A stretch of 64,000 nt of DNA from Gemmatimonadota bacterium (GCA_039588295.1 JBDHAB010000006.1:64001-128000), one strand, 5' to 3'; counted from the stretch's first letter, positions 21,701 through 30,636 are shown. The notes: generated by a model not told the origin, from the sequence alone. Numbers and translations are program-made.

Positions 21701-22056
21701 CGGGTGGTGACCTCCTGCCCTACATGTTCCGCGAACTCGGGATCGGGCCGCTCGTCGGCACGAGGACGTGGGGGGGGCTCGTCGGGATATGGGATGTGCC
21801 GCCGCTCGTTGACGGTGGGCTCATCACCGCTCCGCGGGGTGGCTTCTACAACCTCGCCGGGGAGTGGGACGTTGAAAACGAGGGTGTGGCACCGGATATC
21901 GAGGTCGAGCAGACACCTGCCATAGTGAATGACGGGCACGATCCGCAACTCGAGCGGGCGGTGGAGGAGGCCCTGAGGCTGCTGCCCATGCAACAGGTCC
22001 CGATCCTGCCGGAACCTCCGGCGCCCGTGCGGGCGAGACGGCCTGAGCGACGATAG
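18799..22056 (+). CDS. Tricorn-like protease (S41 family), secreted
   Basis: Signal peptide; PD40-type propeller repeats; PDZ domain; IDERFNGGG and nucleophile motif AGSGGD; GTRTWGG. RBS AGGAGG precedes ATG 18799. Confidence 0.93.
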   Translation: MRTLGLVVGCWLTLSLTAHDLIGQAGARLLRQPTVSETSIAFAYANDLWVVPRTGGAARRLTTFPGSETDPHFSPDGSLIAFSAQYDGNPDVFVVSTSGGAPTRLTWHPGGDVVRGWAPDGSRVVFASGRTTAPVPYSMLWTVSVNGGMADPMLLPRAYAGEHSPDGSRFAYQELSRPNTQWRNYRGGQTQPIRVIELDDAEVEKLPWDNSNDSDPVWIGNTVYFLSDRDWAINLYAYDMESRSLEQLTRFVDYDVKNLDAGGGVLVFEQAGQIHLYDPATRTSSAVDIRVHGDFPWLRPHWESVGRALRNPELSPSGARAVFEARGEIVTVPAEKGDYRNLTNTPGTADRTPSWSADGEHIAWFSDASGEYRLMIGDQKGLETPREIELPNPTFYYTPSWSPDSKYITFTDADLNLWYAIVESGNVTRIDTDQFAHPQRTMDPVWSPDSKWIAYAKRLDSQFHAVFAYSLDQGESHQLTDGLSDALSPAWDKSGKYLYFMASTDFGLNVGWLDMTSYERPVERGIYLAVLRADEPSPLLPESDEEEPKEEEGEGEEQADDEDQQDDATVRIDLAGFDQRILAIDVPERNYVGIIAGPEGVIFYAEPRQNEQGFVLHRYDLEEREAEPFLEGIQAATISADGKKLLYSANGQWGIVATDAGKKNVGDGKIDTGVRMKVDPRAEWQQMFREAWRFQRDYLYVENTHGADWEAVWERYHPWLEHVAHRSDFTYLLRNLAGELSIGHSYAFGGDFPDVETVPIGLLGADVEIDQGRYRLTRIYTGENWNPDLRAPLSAPGIDVSVGDYVMAVNGADVVGPVNFYSYFEGTADRQTVLAVNDRPSMDGARTVTVVPVPNEVQLRRRAWVEGNRRRVDELSGGRLAYVWLPNTATAGYDYFNRYYFAQQHKQGAVIDERFNGGGSAADYMVELMGRRLTGFFNNPIGDRKPWRNPNAGIFGPKVMIINESAGSGGDLLPYMFRELGIGPLVGTRTWGGLVGIWDVPPLVDGGLITAPRGGFYNLAGEWDVENEGVAPDIEVEQTPAIVNDGHDPQLERAVEEALRLLPMQQVPILPEPPAPVRARRPERR

Positions 22057-22247
22057 GCACCCACGCGTGACCAGCCCGTTCCCGGCTCGTACCCTGGCGA
22101 GCCGTGGTCGGAGGCGAACGCACGCCGGTGGTGGGAACGGCCTGCGACGGAGGTCGGAACTGAGCGAGACCTAGAGCGCACGGCGGTGCAGCAGTGAGCG
22201 CAAGCATCTCGCCCGCGGGGTCGTACTGTGCTTGTTGTGCCGAGCGG

Positions 22248-22526
22248 CTAAAAGAGCTTCGCCGCCAGCGACGGCTCCTTGTCCGTGCGGGTGCCGATCT
22301 TGATGTTGGTCGCGAGCCGCACCGTGCCCTCGGCGTGCAGCGTCTCGTGAATGTGGATCACCGCATCGAGAATGTCCCGCAGCTCACCCTCGACATTCGA
22401 TCCCATCGAGTGTAGCTGCACCTCGAGCGGAGCCTCGCCGAGGAGCCGGTGTGCCCGTTTGACCTCCTGGCGGACCGTCACGCCCGCGCCGATGGGAATG
22501 ACCTGGATCTCTGCGGTTGCCCTCAT
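22248..22526 (-). CDS. MTH1187/YkoF-like thiamine-binding family protein
   Basis: 92 aa with AEIQVIPIG...HSMGSNVEGE...RLATNIKIGTRTDK pattern. Confidence 0.85.
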   Translation of the reverse strand: MRATAEIQVIPIGAGVTVRQEVKRAHRLLGEAPLEVQLHSMGSNVEGELRDILDAVIHIHETLHAEGTVRLATNIKIGTRTDKEPSLAAKLF

Positions 22527-22638
22527 GACGAATCAACCCCCCCTGATATGAGGCCTATGTGCCGAGTAGGGTCCTAGCGTCGTGTTGAAGGTTAGCCCCG
22601 CCTCAACACCCGTCCCAGGCCGGGAAGTCAATCCAGCC

Positions 22639-22698
22639 GATGCTTAACGGACAATTTAGGTCTTTTTTGATGCTTAATGGACAGTTTAGGTCTTCTTT
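22639..22698. repeat. Two tandem 30-bp AT-rich direct repeats
   Basis: gatgcttaacggacaatttaggtctttttt and gatgcttaatggacagtttaggtcttcttt; 27/30 identical, no spacer. Confidence 0.9.
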
Positions 22699-22699
22699 A

Positions 22700-22717
22700 A
22701 AGATCAGGTACGATCTT
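22700..22717. promoter_or_regulatory. Operator-like palindrome AAGATC-N6-GATCTT
   Basis: Perfect 6-bp inverted repeat directly after the 30-bp repeats, about 150 bp upstream of the cytochrome gene. Confidence 0.4.
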
Positions 22718-22867
22718 CATATCCAGATTCCACGGACGCACCCCGTAGATTCCCCCGGTGACTGGTCTCTTGGCGCGGGTCAGTATCGGCAACGGGGTAC
22801 TCCTTAGTCCGGAGCCGGCCGCTGGCAGTCTGGCCGAGGCCGACGAGGCGCAGAGCGGAGGTCCTCA

Positions 22868-24364
22868 ATGACACGAACGAGTTGGACTCGATGGTTCGGG
22901 GGCGTGTTGGCTGTCGTGGTCGCGGCGGCCGCCTGTACCGATGACGAGACGCCGCCGGTTGAGCCGACCGACAATCCGCCCATGATCGAGCTCACGGCCC
23001 CGAACGGCGGGGGGCTCGTAGCTCCGGGGGCGGATGTGGAGATCACGTGGACCGCCTCGGACGACAATGGCGTCGTCGGTGTGGATCTGAGCTACACGTC
23101 GGGCGGAGGTGGTGAGACCATCGCCGAAGACCTGACCGGCTCCAGCTACACCTGGACGGTGCCCGGCAACAACCTGTACGCGGTCAAGGTCAGGGCAGTG
23201 GCCCGCGATGCGGCAGATCAGGAAGCGTCGGACGAGAGCGATGAGATCTTCGGCGTGATCGCGACGTCGGCCCGCGGCTACGTCGCGAGCGACCAGTGCA
23301 AGCAGTGCCACATCAACTACTACAACGACTTGTTCAACATGTCGGGTCACCCCTACAAGCTGAACAAGGTCACGGGGAATACGGCGCCGGAGTATCCCAA
23401 CAGCACGGTGCCGGGTCCGCCTCCGGGAGCGTCGCGGGCCGCGTGGAGTGATATCGCGTATGTGATCGGGGGGTACGGTTGGAAGGCACGGTTCATCACG
23501 AAGGATTCCGGTTGGGTGATGACCGATGCGATGGATGGTGTGAACGTCCAATACAACCTGCCGCGGCCCGATCTCGGTGCGGCAGTGGGTGACAATTGGT
23601 CGGACTACCATGCGACGGATACCGAGCGGAAGCCCTACGACTGCGGCCCTTGTCATATGACCGGGTGGCAGACCTTCGCGGACAACGGCGGTGTCAACCA
23701 GGACGGCCTCCCCGGTATCGCGGGAACCTGGGAGGAACCCGGCATCAAGTGCGAGCAATGCCACGGCGCCGGCGGACAACACGTCGCGAGTCAGAAGGCG
23801 TCGGACATCACGGTGGATGGGAGCTCAGCCCTCTGTGGTGTGTGTCACCGCCGCGGTACCGACGACAACTTCATCGAGGCCAGTGGAGGGTTCATTCGAC
23901 ACCACGAGCAATTCCACGAGTGGTTGGCGAGCCCCCACGGCGGCGCCATGATCGGTTGCAACGACTGCCACGATCCGCACAAGGGCGTACTCTACGGGAA
24001 CGACTTGGCCGGTGGGATTGTCGCCACCTGTGAGGACTGCCATACGGGCGTCACGGTCACCGGGCACTTACCGGTCGACTGTGAGAATTGCCACATGGCG
24101 CGTGCCACCAAGTCGGCAGTGAAGGTGCACGATTTCGAGGGCGATGTTCGCACGCACCTGTTCGCGATCAACACCGATGGCACGAAGACGAAGGCCGATA
24201 TGTTCTTCGTGCCGGCGGGCGGCACCAAGCAGACCACGAACCCGTGGGTGACGCTCGACTTTGCCTGCTACTCCTGCCACACAGATCCGATTACGCAACA
24301 GGGTGGTGGTGGCAGTGAGCAGTCGATGGCCGAGCTCGCAGCGAGGGCGGTGCAGATTCACTAG
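22868..24364 (+). CDS. Octaheme c-type cytochrome lipoprotein with N-terminal Ig-like domain
   Basis: Lipobox-like AAAC; eight CxxCH motifs (CKQCH, CGPCH, CEQCH, CGVCH, CNDCH, CEDCH, CENCH, CYSCH); GGAGG RBS. Confidence 0.9.
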   Translation: MTRTSWTRWFGGVLAVVVAAAACTDDETPPVEPTDNPPMIELTAPNGGGLVAPGADVEITWTASDDNGVVGVDLSYTSGGGGETIAEDLTGSSYTWTVPGNNLYAVKVRAVARDAADQEASDESDEIFGVIATSARGYVASDQCKQCHINYYNDLFNMSGHPYKLNKVTGNTAPEYPNSTVPGPPPGASRAAWSDIAYVIGGYGWKARFITKDSGWVMTDAMDGVNVQYNLPRPDLGAAVGDNWSDYHATDTERKPYDCGPCHMTGWQTFADNGGVNQDGLPGIAGTWEEPGIKCEQCHGAGGQHVASQKASDITVDGSSALCGVCHRRGTDDNFIEASGGFIRHHEQFHEWLASPHGGAMIGCNDCHDPHKGVLYGNDLAGGIVATCEDCHTGVTVTGHLPVDCENCHMARATKSAVKVHDFEGDVRTHLFAINTDGTKTKADMFFVPAGGTKQTTNPWVTLDFACYSCHTDPITQQGGGGSEQSMAELAARAVQIH

Positions 24365-24410
24365 GTTTGGTGGTCCGCGCGCTGCGGATTGAACAGCTCA
24401 GTGTAGGAAC

Positions 24411-24442
24411 GCGGGCCGGCCCGCACGATGCAGGGCCGGCCC
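24411..24442. terminator. GC-rich hairpin after the cytochrome gene
   Basis: gggccggccc-N10-gggccggccc with self-complementary arms; no clear U-tract. Confidence 0.35.
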
Positions 24443-24470
24443 GAGGCTTGTGGGCTATGGTGAGGTGCAC

Positions 24471-25223
24471 ATGAACCATCGGGGTGTTCGGGGTGCGCGC
24501 TCCGTGACCAGCAGTCTCCTGGTGATGCTCGCGGTGCTGTCGTGTTCCGTGGAGCGTGCGGACCAGGCCGCGACCGAAGAGCGGAACGGAGTGCGATACC
24601 TCGTCGGGGCAGTCGAACCGTTTTCCGGGATCGTGTTCACCATACACGGGGGGTCGGACCAGGTGGCGACCGAGGTGCGGTTCAAGAGGGGCCTCCGACA
24701 TGGTCCATCGGCGGAATACTATCCGGACGGGCAGCGCAAACGAGAAGGGGAGTACCGCGACGGACGCAGTGAGGGGACCCTGCGAGAGTGGAGCGAGACG
24801 GGCCAACTGGTGCTCGAGCGAGTGATGAGTGGCGGCAAACCGCACGGCTCCAGCACAACGTGGTATCCCAACGGCCAGATCGAGAGTGAATCCACGTACC
24901 GCAACGGCTCGTTAGAAGGATCTCAGACCCTCTGGTACGAAGACGGGGCGCAGCGGGCAGCGCGGGCCTTTCGGGATGGCAGCCAACACGGTCCTGGGAC
25001 CGAATGGTATGCGAGCGGCGCCCTTCGGAGCGAGGTGAACTGGAAGGACGGCAAGCCCGACGGTCCCTTCGCCCGGTGGTACGAACATGGGCAGAAGCGT
25101 GCGGAGGGCCGCTACCGGGACGGTGACCTGGTCGAGCTGCGACAATGGGATGAGCAGGGCAACGAGTTGCCACCGGCCCCACTTCCCACGATTCGAGCAA
25201 AGCCAGAACGCCCCCCAACGTAA
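24471..25223 (+). CDS. MORN-variant repeat (YwqK-like) protein, probable lipoprotein
   Basis: Repeated HG...WY.NGQ...E..Y.DG units; hydrophobic N-terminus ending VLSC. Confidence 0.85.
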   Translation: MNHRGVRGARSVTSSLLVMLAVLSCSVERADQAATEERNGVRYLVGAVEPFSGIVFTIHGGSDQVATEVRFKRGLRHGPSAEYYPDGQRKREGEYRDGRSEGTLREWSETGQLVLERVMSGGKPHGSSTTWYPNGQIESESTYRNGSLEGSQTLWYEDGAQRAARAFRDGSQHGPGTEWYASGALRSEVNWKDGKPDGPFARWYEHGQKRAEGRYRDGDLVELRQWDEQGNELPPAPLPTIRAKPERPPT

Positions 25224-25226
25224 CGG

Positions 25227-26228
25227 TCACCGTCGACCGAGCTCCTTCAGCTTCTCCACCGCGTTGGTGTTTTGCGGGTTGAGCTCGAGTGATTTCTCGT
25301 AGTTTTGGATTGCCAACCCGCGCTCCCCCGCGATCATGTAAGCCTCCCCAAGGCTATCGTACGTATTGAACGCGTCGGGGAACTGCTCCACATTCAGCTT
25401 GAACGCCTCGATCGCTTCGGGAATCCGCTGCTGACCCAATAGGCGGTAGCCAACCTGGTTCAGCATGTTCTCTCGGAACGCCTGGGGCGGGCTGGTCCCC
25501 TTCAATTCCGCATGGCGGGCGCGCATCATCTCGCCCCCACCCTCAATCGCCGCCAGCTCAAGTGCTGCGGGCACGTAGTTGAACTTCGTGAGACGTGAGT
25601 TGGGGAATTGCTTGAGGTTGAGTTCGAAGAGTTCGACTGCGTCGCCAATCTGGTTTCGCTGCGCCACCCGCTGGGCAACGCCAATCAGCATCTGCTCGCT
25701 GAAGTCGTAGGAGTAGCCGCCATAGTAGCGTTCGCGAAGCTCGTCGTACTTGGCGCGGAGAGCGGTCGACCCGCCCTCATCGTAGGCCTCCAGGAGCACG
25801 TCCTCGATCATTCGGGGCCGGGCTAGGCCTCGGTGGCACGTAGCGCAGGCCACTTCGACGTTCGGCTCCGAACGCTCGGGCAGGCTCGGCAGAATCCGCT
25901 GGTTGATGTCTTGCACCATGCGCAACATCTCGCGGGCCTTCAGCTTCGTGGGCTTCTCGTCCGAGGCGAAGTCGAACGTTGCTAACGGTTGCCCGGGTTG
26001 CCCCATGTGGCAGTGCTCGCAGCGGACGCCCAGCCCGATCGCGAAGTTGCGCATCGTGCCCACGAGAGCATTGGTCGCGATATCCTGCGGCAAGACCTTG
26101 AGGTTGGTGAAGGAATCCGGCGGGAACCCCTGCGCGTCGGCCGGAGCCGGGAATGTAGCGAGTGCCAGGATCACGAGACCGAAGGCCGTCATCCTCTTGG
26201 AGACGGCGTCGTGCGAGCGTGCGGTCAT
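25227..26228 (-). CDS. Secreted diheme c-type cytochrome (reaction-centre cytochrome c-like domain) fused to TPR repeats
   Basis: Signal peptide ending ADA-Q; NLKVLP, LGVRCEHCH, FASDEK.TK..AREM, CATCHRG; C-terminal TPR (YDSLGEAY...YEKSLELNP). Confidence 0.82.
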   Translation of the reverse strand: MTARSHDAVSKRMTAFGLVILALATFPAPADAQGFPPDSFTNLKVLPQDIATNALVGTMRNFAIGLGVRCEHCHMGQPGQPLATFDFASDEKPTKLKAREMLRMVQDINQRILPSLPERSEPNVEVACATCHRGLARPRMIEDVLLEAYDEGGSTALRAKYDELRERYYGGYSYDFSEQMLIGVAQRVAQRNQIGDAVELFELNLKQFPNSRLTKFNYVPAALELAAIEGGGEMMRARHAELKGTSPPQAFRENMLNQVGYRLLGQQRIPEAIEAFKLNVEQFPDAFNTYDSLGEAYMIAGERGLAIQNYEKSLELNPQNTNAVEKLKELGRR

Positions 26229-26354
26229 GCGGGATGCCTCCTCAGGTGGGTCACTGAGCTTGGGGATTGCGGAATGTTCCTGTAACACCAGCCGCGCTCG
26301 ATTTGTGCCCCGATCGACGGATGTCGCGTGATCCGTCCCGGCGGGCCGGGGCGC

Positions 26355-27155
26355 CTACTTGAGGATGAGTTCGACGAGGACGGGTCGGTGGTCGGATGCG
26401 AGTGGCTCGTCAACCACCAAGGATCGAGCGACCGAGAACTGTGCTGCCGGTCGATACATGATGAAATCGATTTCCCGATCCGGGGTGTCTGCGGGGAAGG
26501 TCAGCCGCTCGAGTCCTTTGCCGGCAACCGCCCACGACTGTTGCAGGAGGCGGAGCACATGCGAGTCAGGAGCGGAGTTGAAGTCGCCGGACAGAATGAC
26601 TGGCCGGTGTTCCTCCTGGAAGATCTCAACAACCCGTCTCGCCTGGGCGAGCCGTTCCTCGGCCGTACGATAGAAGTGAATTCCTACAATGACGAACTCG
26701 AGATTGGCATCACGCAGCTGCACGACGGCTGCGAGCGCGGTGCGGGGCTCCTCGCCGTCCGGCAGTCGGTGATTCGTGAACTCGACGATGGGGTGCCGCG
26801 AGAGGATGGCCATGCCGTACTGTCCGCCCTGGTACCCCATGAAGCTGCCGAATACTGCCTGCATGCCGGTGAGCTCGGCCAATCGCCGCGCCTGGTCGAC
26901 GCCGGCGGTCCGCTGGACGGCCGAGTCGACCTCCTGCAGCGTGACGACGTCAGGCCGGATGCGATTGATCACCCGTGCCACGCGCTCCAAATCGACCCGG
27001 CGGTCGATCCCCTCACCGTGTCGGATGTTATACGCCAGCACGCGGAGTGTTGGAGCGGGCTGGATCGTTTCCGGGGGGCGCGGACCAGGCGCACACGTGG
27101 CCAGGGCCATCGCGCTGCACAGGGTCGCAAACGCTCGCAGCAATCGAGATGTCAT
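26355..27155 (-). CDS. Endonuclease/exonuclease/phosphatase family protein, exported
   Basis: YNIRHG, LQEVD, GDFNS, IDFI and SDHRP motifs; signal or lipobox-like N-terminus. Confidence 0.9.
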   Translation of the reverse strand: MTSRLLRAFATLCSAMALATCAPGPRPPETIQPAPTLRVLAYNIRHGEGIDRRVDLERVARVINRIRPDVVTLQEVDSAVQRTAGVDQARRLAELTGMQAVFGSFMGYQGGQYGMAILSRHPIVEFTNHRLPDGEEPRTALAAVVQLRDANLEFVIVGIHFYRTAEERLAQARRVVEIFQEEHRPVILSGDFNSAPDSHVLRLLQQSWAVAGKGLERLTFPADTPDREIDFIMYRPAAQFSVARSLVVDEPLASDHRPVLVELILK

Positions 27156-27221
27156 TGCGTGAGTGGTGCCGGCGAGCCGCGATGCGCAGCGACTCGCCCT
27201 CCGCTGAGGCGGCGGCTTCGG

Positions 27222-27575
27222 TCAGCCGCCGCCGTGATCCTTTGTGAGCTTCTGGGCCTGCTCCACACCGTGTTCGAGCTTCCGCTCGAACTGCGCGAGC
27301 GGCCCGGTGGCGGATTCGAGCAACTTCGCGAGCCGCGAGGAGAGCTCTGTCGGCGCCAGCGGAGGCTGAGTCGCCATCGAATCGCGCCACAGCAGCTCCG
27401 CCTCATCGTGGAACGTGATCACGGCATCCATCTCGCCTTCATGGAATCGCTTGTGCAATACCTGGTCGCGGATGTCGTTGATGATGTTGGCGAGCATCAC
27501 CTGGACGGACTCGCGGGTGCCAAACCCTACGGTCGAGAGCCGTTTGAGGAATTTCTCCCGGCGATCAGCAGGCAT
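27222..27575 (-). CDS. Hypothetical protein (117 aa, helical)
   Basis: ATG 27575 has a GGAGG RBS. The longer ORF-track call overlaps pckA and is unlikely. Confidence 0.65.
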   Translation of the reverse strand: MPADRREKFLKRLSTVGFGTRESVQVMLANIINDIRDQVLHKRFHEGEMDAVITFHDEAELLWRDSMATQPPLAPTELSSRLAKLLESATGPLAQFERKLEHGVEQAQKLTKDHGGG

Positions 27576-27684
27576 TCGGTCCTCCGCCTGTGTGACCGTG
27601 AATCTCCAAACATATCCTGTTGGCGGCATCCGGTCACGGCGAACCAGTGGCCTCCGTGTCCCCGTTTCCAGGTCTGCTCGCCAG

Positions 27685-29343
27685 CTACTTGGCGTGCGCG
27701 AGCCGCGTAGGCCCTGCAGCCACCACCTCGGCTGGGCACCCGTCGGCGAAGAGCTTGAAGTTCTCGATGTAGCGCGCAGCGAGCGCGTCGTACTTCTTCC
27801 AGTACTCTTCTTTGTTACCCCATGACTCTGCGGGATCGAGGACGTCGGCCGGAACGTCAGGGCATTCACCAGGCACGTCGAAACCAAACAGCTTGTCCTT
27901 GCGGTACTGCACGTTGGCAAGCTTCCCGTCCAGAGCAGCGTTCAATAGCGCGCGGGTGTGGCGGATGCTGATCCGCTTGCCCACCCCGAATCGCCCGCCG
28001 GTCCAGCCCGTGTTGACCAGCCAGCACGTGGCGCCGTGCTTGGCCATCTTCTGGCTCAACAGCCGGGCGTAGGTGAACGGATGATGCACCATGAACGGGG
28101 CGCCGAAGCAGGCGCTGAACGTGATCTGCGGCTCGATGCCGAGACCGATTTCCGTACCGGCGATCTTCGACGTGTACCCGCTGATGAAGTGGTACTGCGC
28201 CTGCTCCGAGTCGAGCCGCGCAATCGGCGGCAGCACCCCCGAGGCGTCGCAGGTCAGAAAGATCACATTCTTCGGGTGCGACCGCGCCATGCGCTCGGGC
28301 ACGGTGTTGGGGATGGACTCGAGCGGGTACGAGGCCCGCGTATTCTCGGTGATGGCGTCGTCGTCGAGATCAACACGGCGGGTAGTCGGGTCGTAGATGA
28401 CGTTCTCCAGGATCGTGCCGAACCGACGCGTGGCCGAGTAAATCTCGGGCTCGTTCTCTGGAGAGAGTCGAATGACCTTTGCGTAGCACCCGCCCTCGAA
28501 GTTGAACACCCCGTCGTCGCTCCACCCATGCTCGTCATCCCCGATGAGACGACGCGCGGGATCGGCCGACAGCGTGGTCTTCCCGGTTCCACTCAAGCCG
28601 AAGAACAGGGCAACGTCTCCACCCTTGCCCACGTTGGCGGAGCAGTGCATGGCCAGCACGCCCTCGAGCGGAAGAAGGAAGTTGAGCACTGTGAAGATGG
28701 TCTTCTTGATCTCTCCGCCGTATGCCGAGTTGCAGATGACGGCAGTACGTTGCGCGAAGTTCAGTACGATCGCGGTCCCGGTTCGTGTGCCGTCCACGCG
28801 TGGATCGGCCTGAAACGACGGTGCGGCCATCACCGTGAACTCAGGAACGTGCTTCTTGAAATCGTCCTGTCTCTCGATACCGATGAACATGTTCTTTGCG
28901 AAGAGGCTGTGCCACGCCTTCTCCGTCACGATCCGGACAGGCATCTGGTAGTCTGGGTCGGCTCCCGCCCAGCAGTCCTGGACGAATAGCTCCTCTCCCT
29001 GCCAGAACGCCTGAAGCCGGGCGAGCAGCGCGTTGAACTTCTCGGGCGCGAACGGTCGGTTGTACTCACCCCACCAGACGTGTTCCAGCGTCGACGGTTC
29101 GCGGACGACGAACTTGTCAGCGGCAGCGCGGGCCGTGTGCTTCCCCGTGTTGACGAGAAACGGCCCCCCGTCGGCGACGCGGCCCTCGCCGCGGAATACG
29201 GCTTCCTCGTAGAGAGCCGGTGTAGGGAGGTTCCAGAACACGCGATCCAGGTGAAGCAAGCCATGGTTCTTGAGGCCGTAGTCGCTCTTCAAGTCCGTTG
29301 CCTGTTTGACGGCCGGTGTATCAAACTTGAGGTACTTCGCCAT
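27685..29343 (-). CDS. pckA: Phosphoenolpyruvate carboxykinase (ATP)
   Basis: YGGEIKK, MHCSAN, GLSGTGKTTLS, LIGDDEHGW, FNFEGGCYAK, ENTRASYP. Confidence 0.97.
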   Translation of the reverse strand: MAKYLKFDTPAVKQATDLKSDYGLKNHGLLHLDRVFWNLPTPALYEEAVFRGEGRVADGGPFLVNTGKHTARAAADKFVVREPSTLEHVWWGEYNRPFAPEKFNALLARLQAFWQGEELFVQDCWAGADPDYQMPVRIVTEKAWHSLFAKNMFIGIERQDDFKKHVPEFTVMAAPSFQADPRVDGTRTGTAIVLNFAQRTAVICNSAYGGEIKKTIFTVLNFLLPLEGVLAMHCSANVGKGGDVALFFGLSGTGKTTLSADPARRLIGDDEHGWSDDGVFNFEGGCYAKVIRLSPENEPEIYSATRRFGTILENVIYDPTTRRVDLDDDAITENTRASYPLESIPNTVPERMARSHPKNVIFLTCDASGVLPPIARLDSEQAQYHFISGYTSKIAGTEIGLGIEPQITFSACFGAPFMVHHPFTYARLLSQKMAKHGATCWLVNTGWTGGRFGVGKRISIRHTRALLNAALDGKLANVQYRKDKLFGFDVPGECPDVPADVLDPAESWGNKEEYWKKYDALAARYIENFKLFADGCPAEVVAAGPTRLAHAK

Positions 29344-29418
29344 AGTGTCTTCCTCGTGTGCAGAGTGCGGGGAGGCGCGTTCGGCGCTCGACCGCCGGTT
29401 CTCGACCCGCTTAGCGTG

Positions 29419-30636
29419 CTACATCCAGTCGCGAACGAGCTTACGGTCACCAATGTACAACTCGTTGGGCGCGTTCGGATCGAGCGCCCACTTCATGCGC
29501 TCGACACCTTCCGTGATGTCCTTGACAGCGCCGCAGGTGGAGAGACGCAGATAGCCTTCCATCCCGAACTCGACGCCAGGAACTGTCACCACGCGGACTC
29601 GCTCCAGCAAGAATTGTGAGAGTTTCGTGGAGTCTTTCTCGTAGTAGCTGAAATCGGCGAAGCAATAGAACGTACCGTCGGGCTTCGTGACCTTGACTCC
29701 ATCGAACGCGTCCAACCGTGCCATCATGACGTTGCGGTTGTTCTCGAGCGTGAGCCGTAAGCTCTCCACGCTGGATTGCACTCCGTTGATGGCAGCGACG
29801 GCGGCGTGTTGGCACAGCGCCGGAGGGCCCGACGTCTCGTGACCTTGGATGTTGGTCATCACCTGGATGAGCTTCTTGTTTGCGACGGCCCACCCGATTC
29901 GGAACCCGGTCATCGCGTATTGCTTGGATACGCCGTTGATCACTACGAGCTTCGAGTTCTCGGACAGGTCTCTTGCGTAGTCGTAGCAGTTGATGGGCTT
30001 GCGACCATCGAAGATCAGGCGATGATAGATATCATCCATGATCAAGTAGATGCCGCGCTTCTCGCAGAACTCTACGATCTCGGTGATGAACTGCTCGGTG
30101 TACATGGCGCCCGAGGGATTGTTCGGGCTGTTGATGATCACGGCTTTCGTGTACGAGGTGACGTTCCGCTCGATATCCTGGAGCCGTGGGTGGAAGGAAC
30201 CGTCGTCGGCCGTGACCGGGACCGGAACGGCTCCGCACAGTTTCACCATTTCGGGATAGCTCACCCAGTACGGCACGGGGAAGATGACTTCATCCTGAGG
30301 ATTCAGAATCGCGTGGAGGCAGACCATGATGGACTGCTTCGCTCCTCCGGAGGCGATGATGTGCTCGGGCTCGACCCTCCGGTGGTAAAAGTCCTCCGTA
30401 TACCGGATGATGGCCTGCTTGAGCGCCGGAATGCCGTCGGCGGGCGTGTAGCGGACCTCGCCGGAACTCAGCAAAGCCGCAGCCGCGACCAGCGCGTCGA
30501 TGGGAGGTTTGCTCTTCGGTTCTCCACCGCCCAGGTGGATGACGGGCTCGCCTTTCGCCCGCAATATGGCGGCCGTCTCATTCAGCTTCAGGGTTGCCGA
30601 TTCGCCAATCGACTTCCCAATCAGACTGATGCTCAT
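29419..30636 (-). CDS. Class I/II PLP aminotransferase (aspartate aminotransferase-like)
   Basis: PYWVSY, NSPNNPSG, DDIY and SKQYAMTGFRIG (PLP lysine). Confidence 0.92.
   Translation of the reverse strand: MSISLIGKSIGESATLKLNETAAILRAKGEPVIHLGGGEPKSKPPIDALVAAAALLSSGEVRYTPADGIPALKQAIIRYTEDFYHRRVEPEHIIASGGAKQSIMVCLHAILNPQDEVIFPVPYWVSYPEMVKLCGAVPVPVTADDGSFHPRLQDIERNVTSYTKAVIINSPNNPSGAMYTEQFITEIVEFCEKRGIYLIMDDIYHRLIFDGRKPINCYDYARDLSENSKLVVINGVSKQYAMTGFRIGWAVANKKLIQVMTNIQGHETSGPPALCQHAAVAAINGVQSSVESLRLTLENNRNVMMARLDAFDGVKVTKPDGTFYCFADFSYYEKDSTKLSQFLLERVRVVTVPGVEFGMEGYLRLSTCGAVKDITEGVERMKWALDPNAPNELYIGDRKLVRDWM

Noticed and set aside
20413..21993. Long antisense and alternative-frame ORFs (this 526-aa one, 26328-27710, 51554-52984 and many others)
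   Set aside because: Shadow ORFs expected at high GC opposite well-supported genes; no recognisable motifs.
22639..22698. 30-bp repeats as a mini CRISPR array
   Set aside because: Only two abutting copies, no spacer and no cas genes.
24471..25223. YwqK-like protein as the antitoxin of a toxin-antitoxin pair
   Set aside because: No adjacent toxin gene; MORN-variant repeats are generic.
25227..26228. Evidence for phototrophy from the PufC-like domain
   Set aside because: Only two hemes, fused to TPRs, and no photosynthesis genes in the window.
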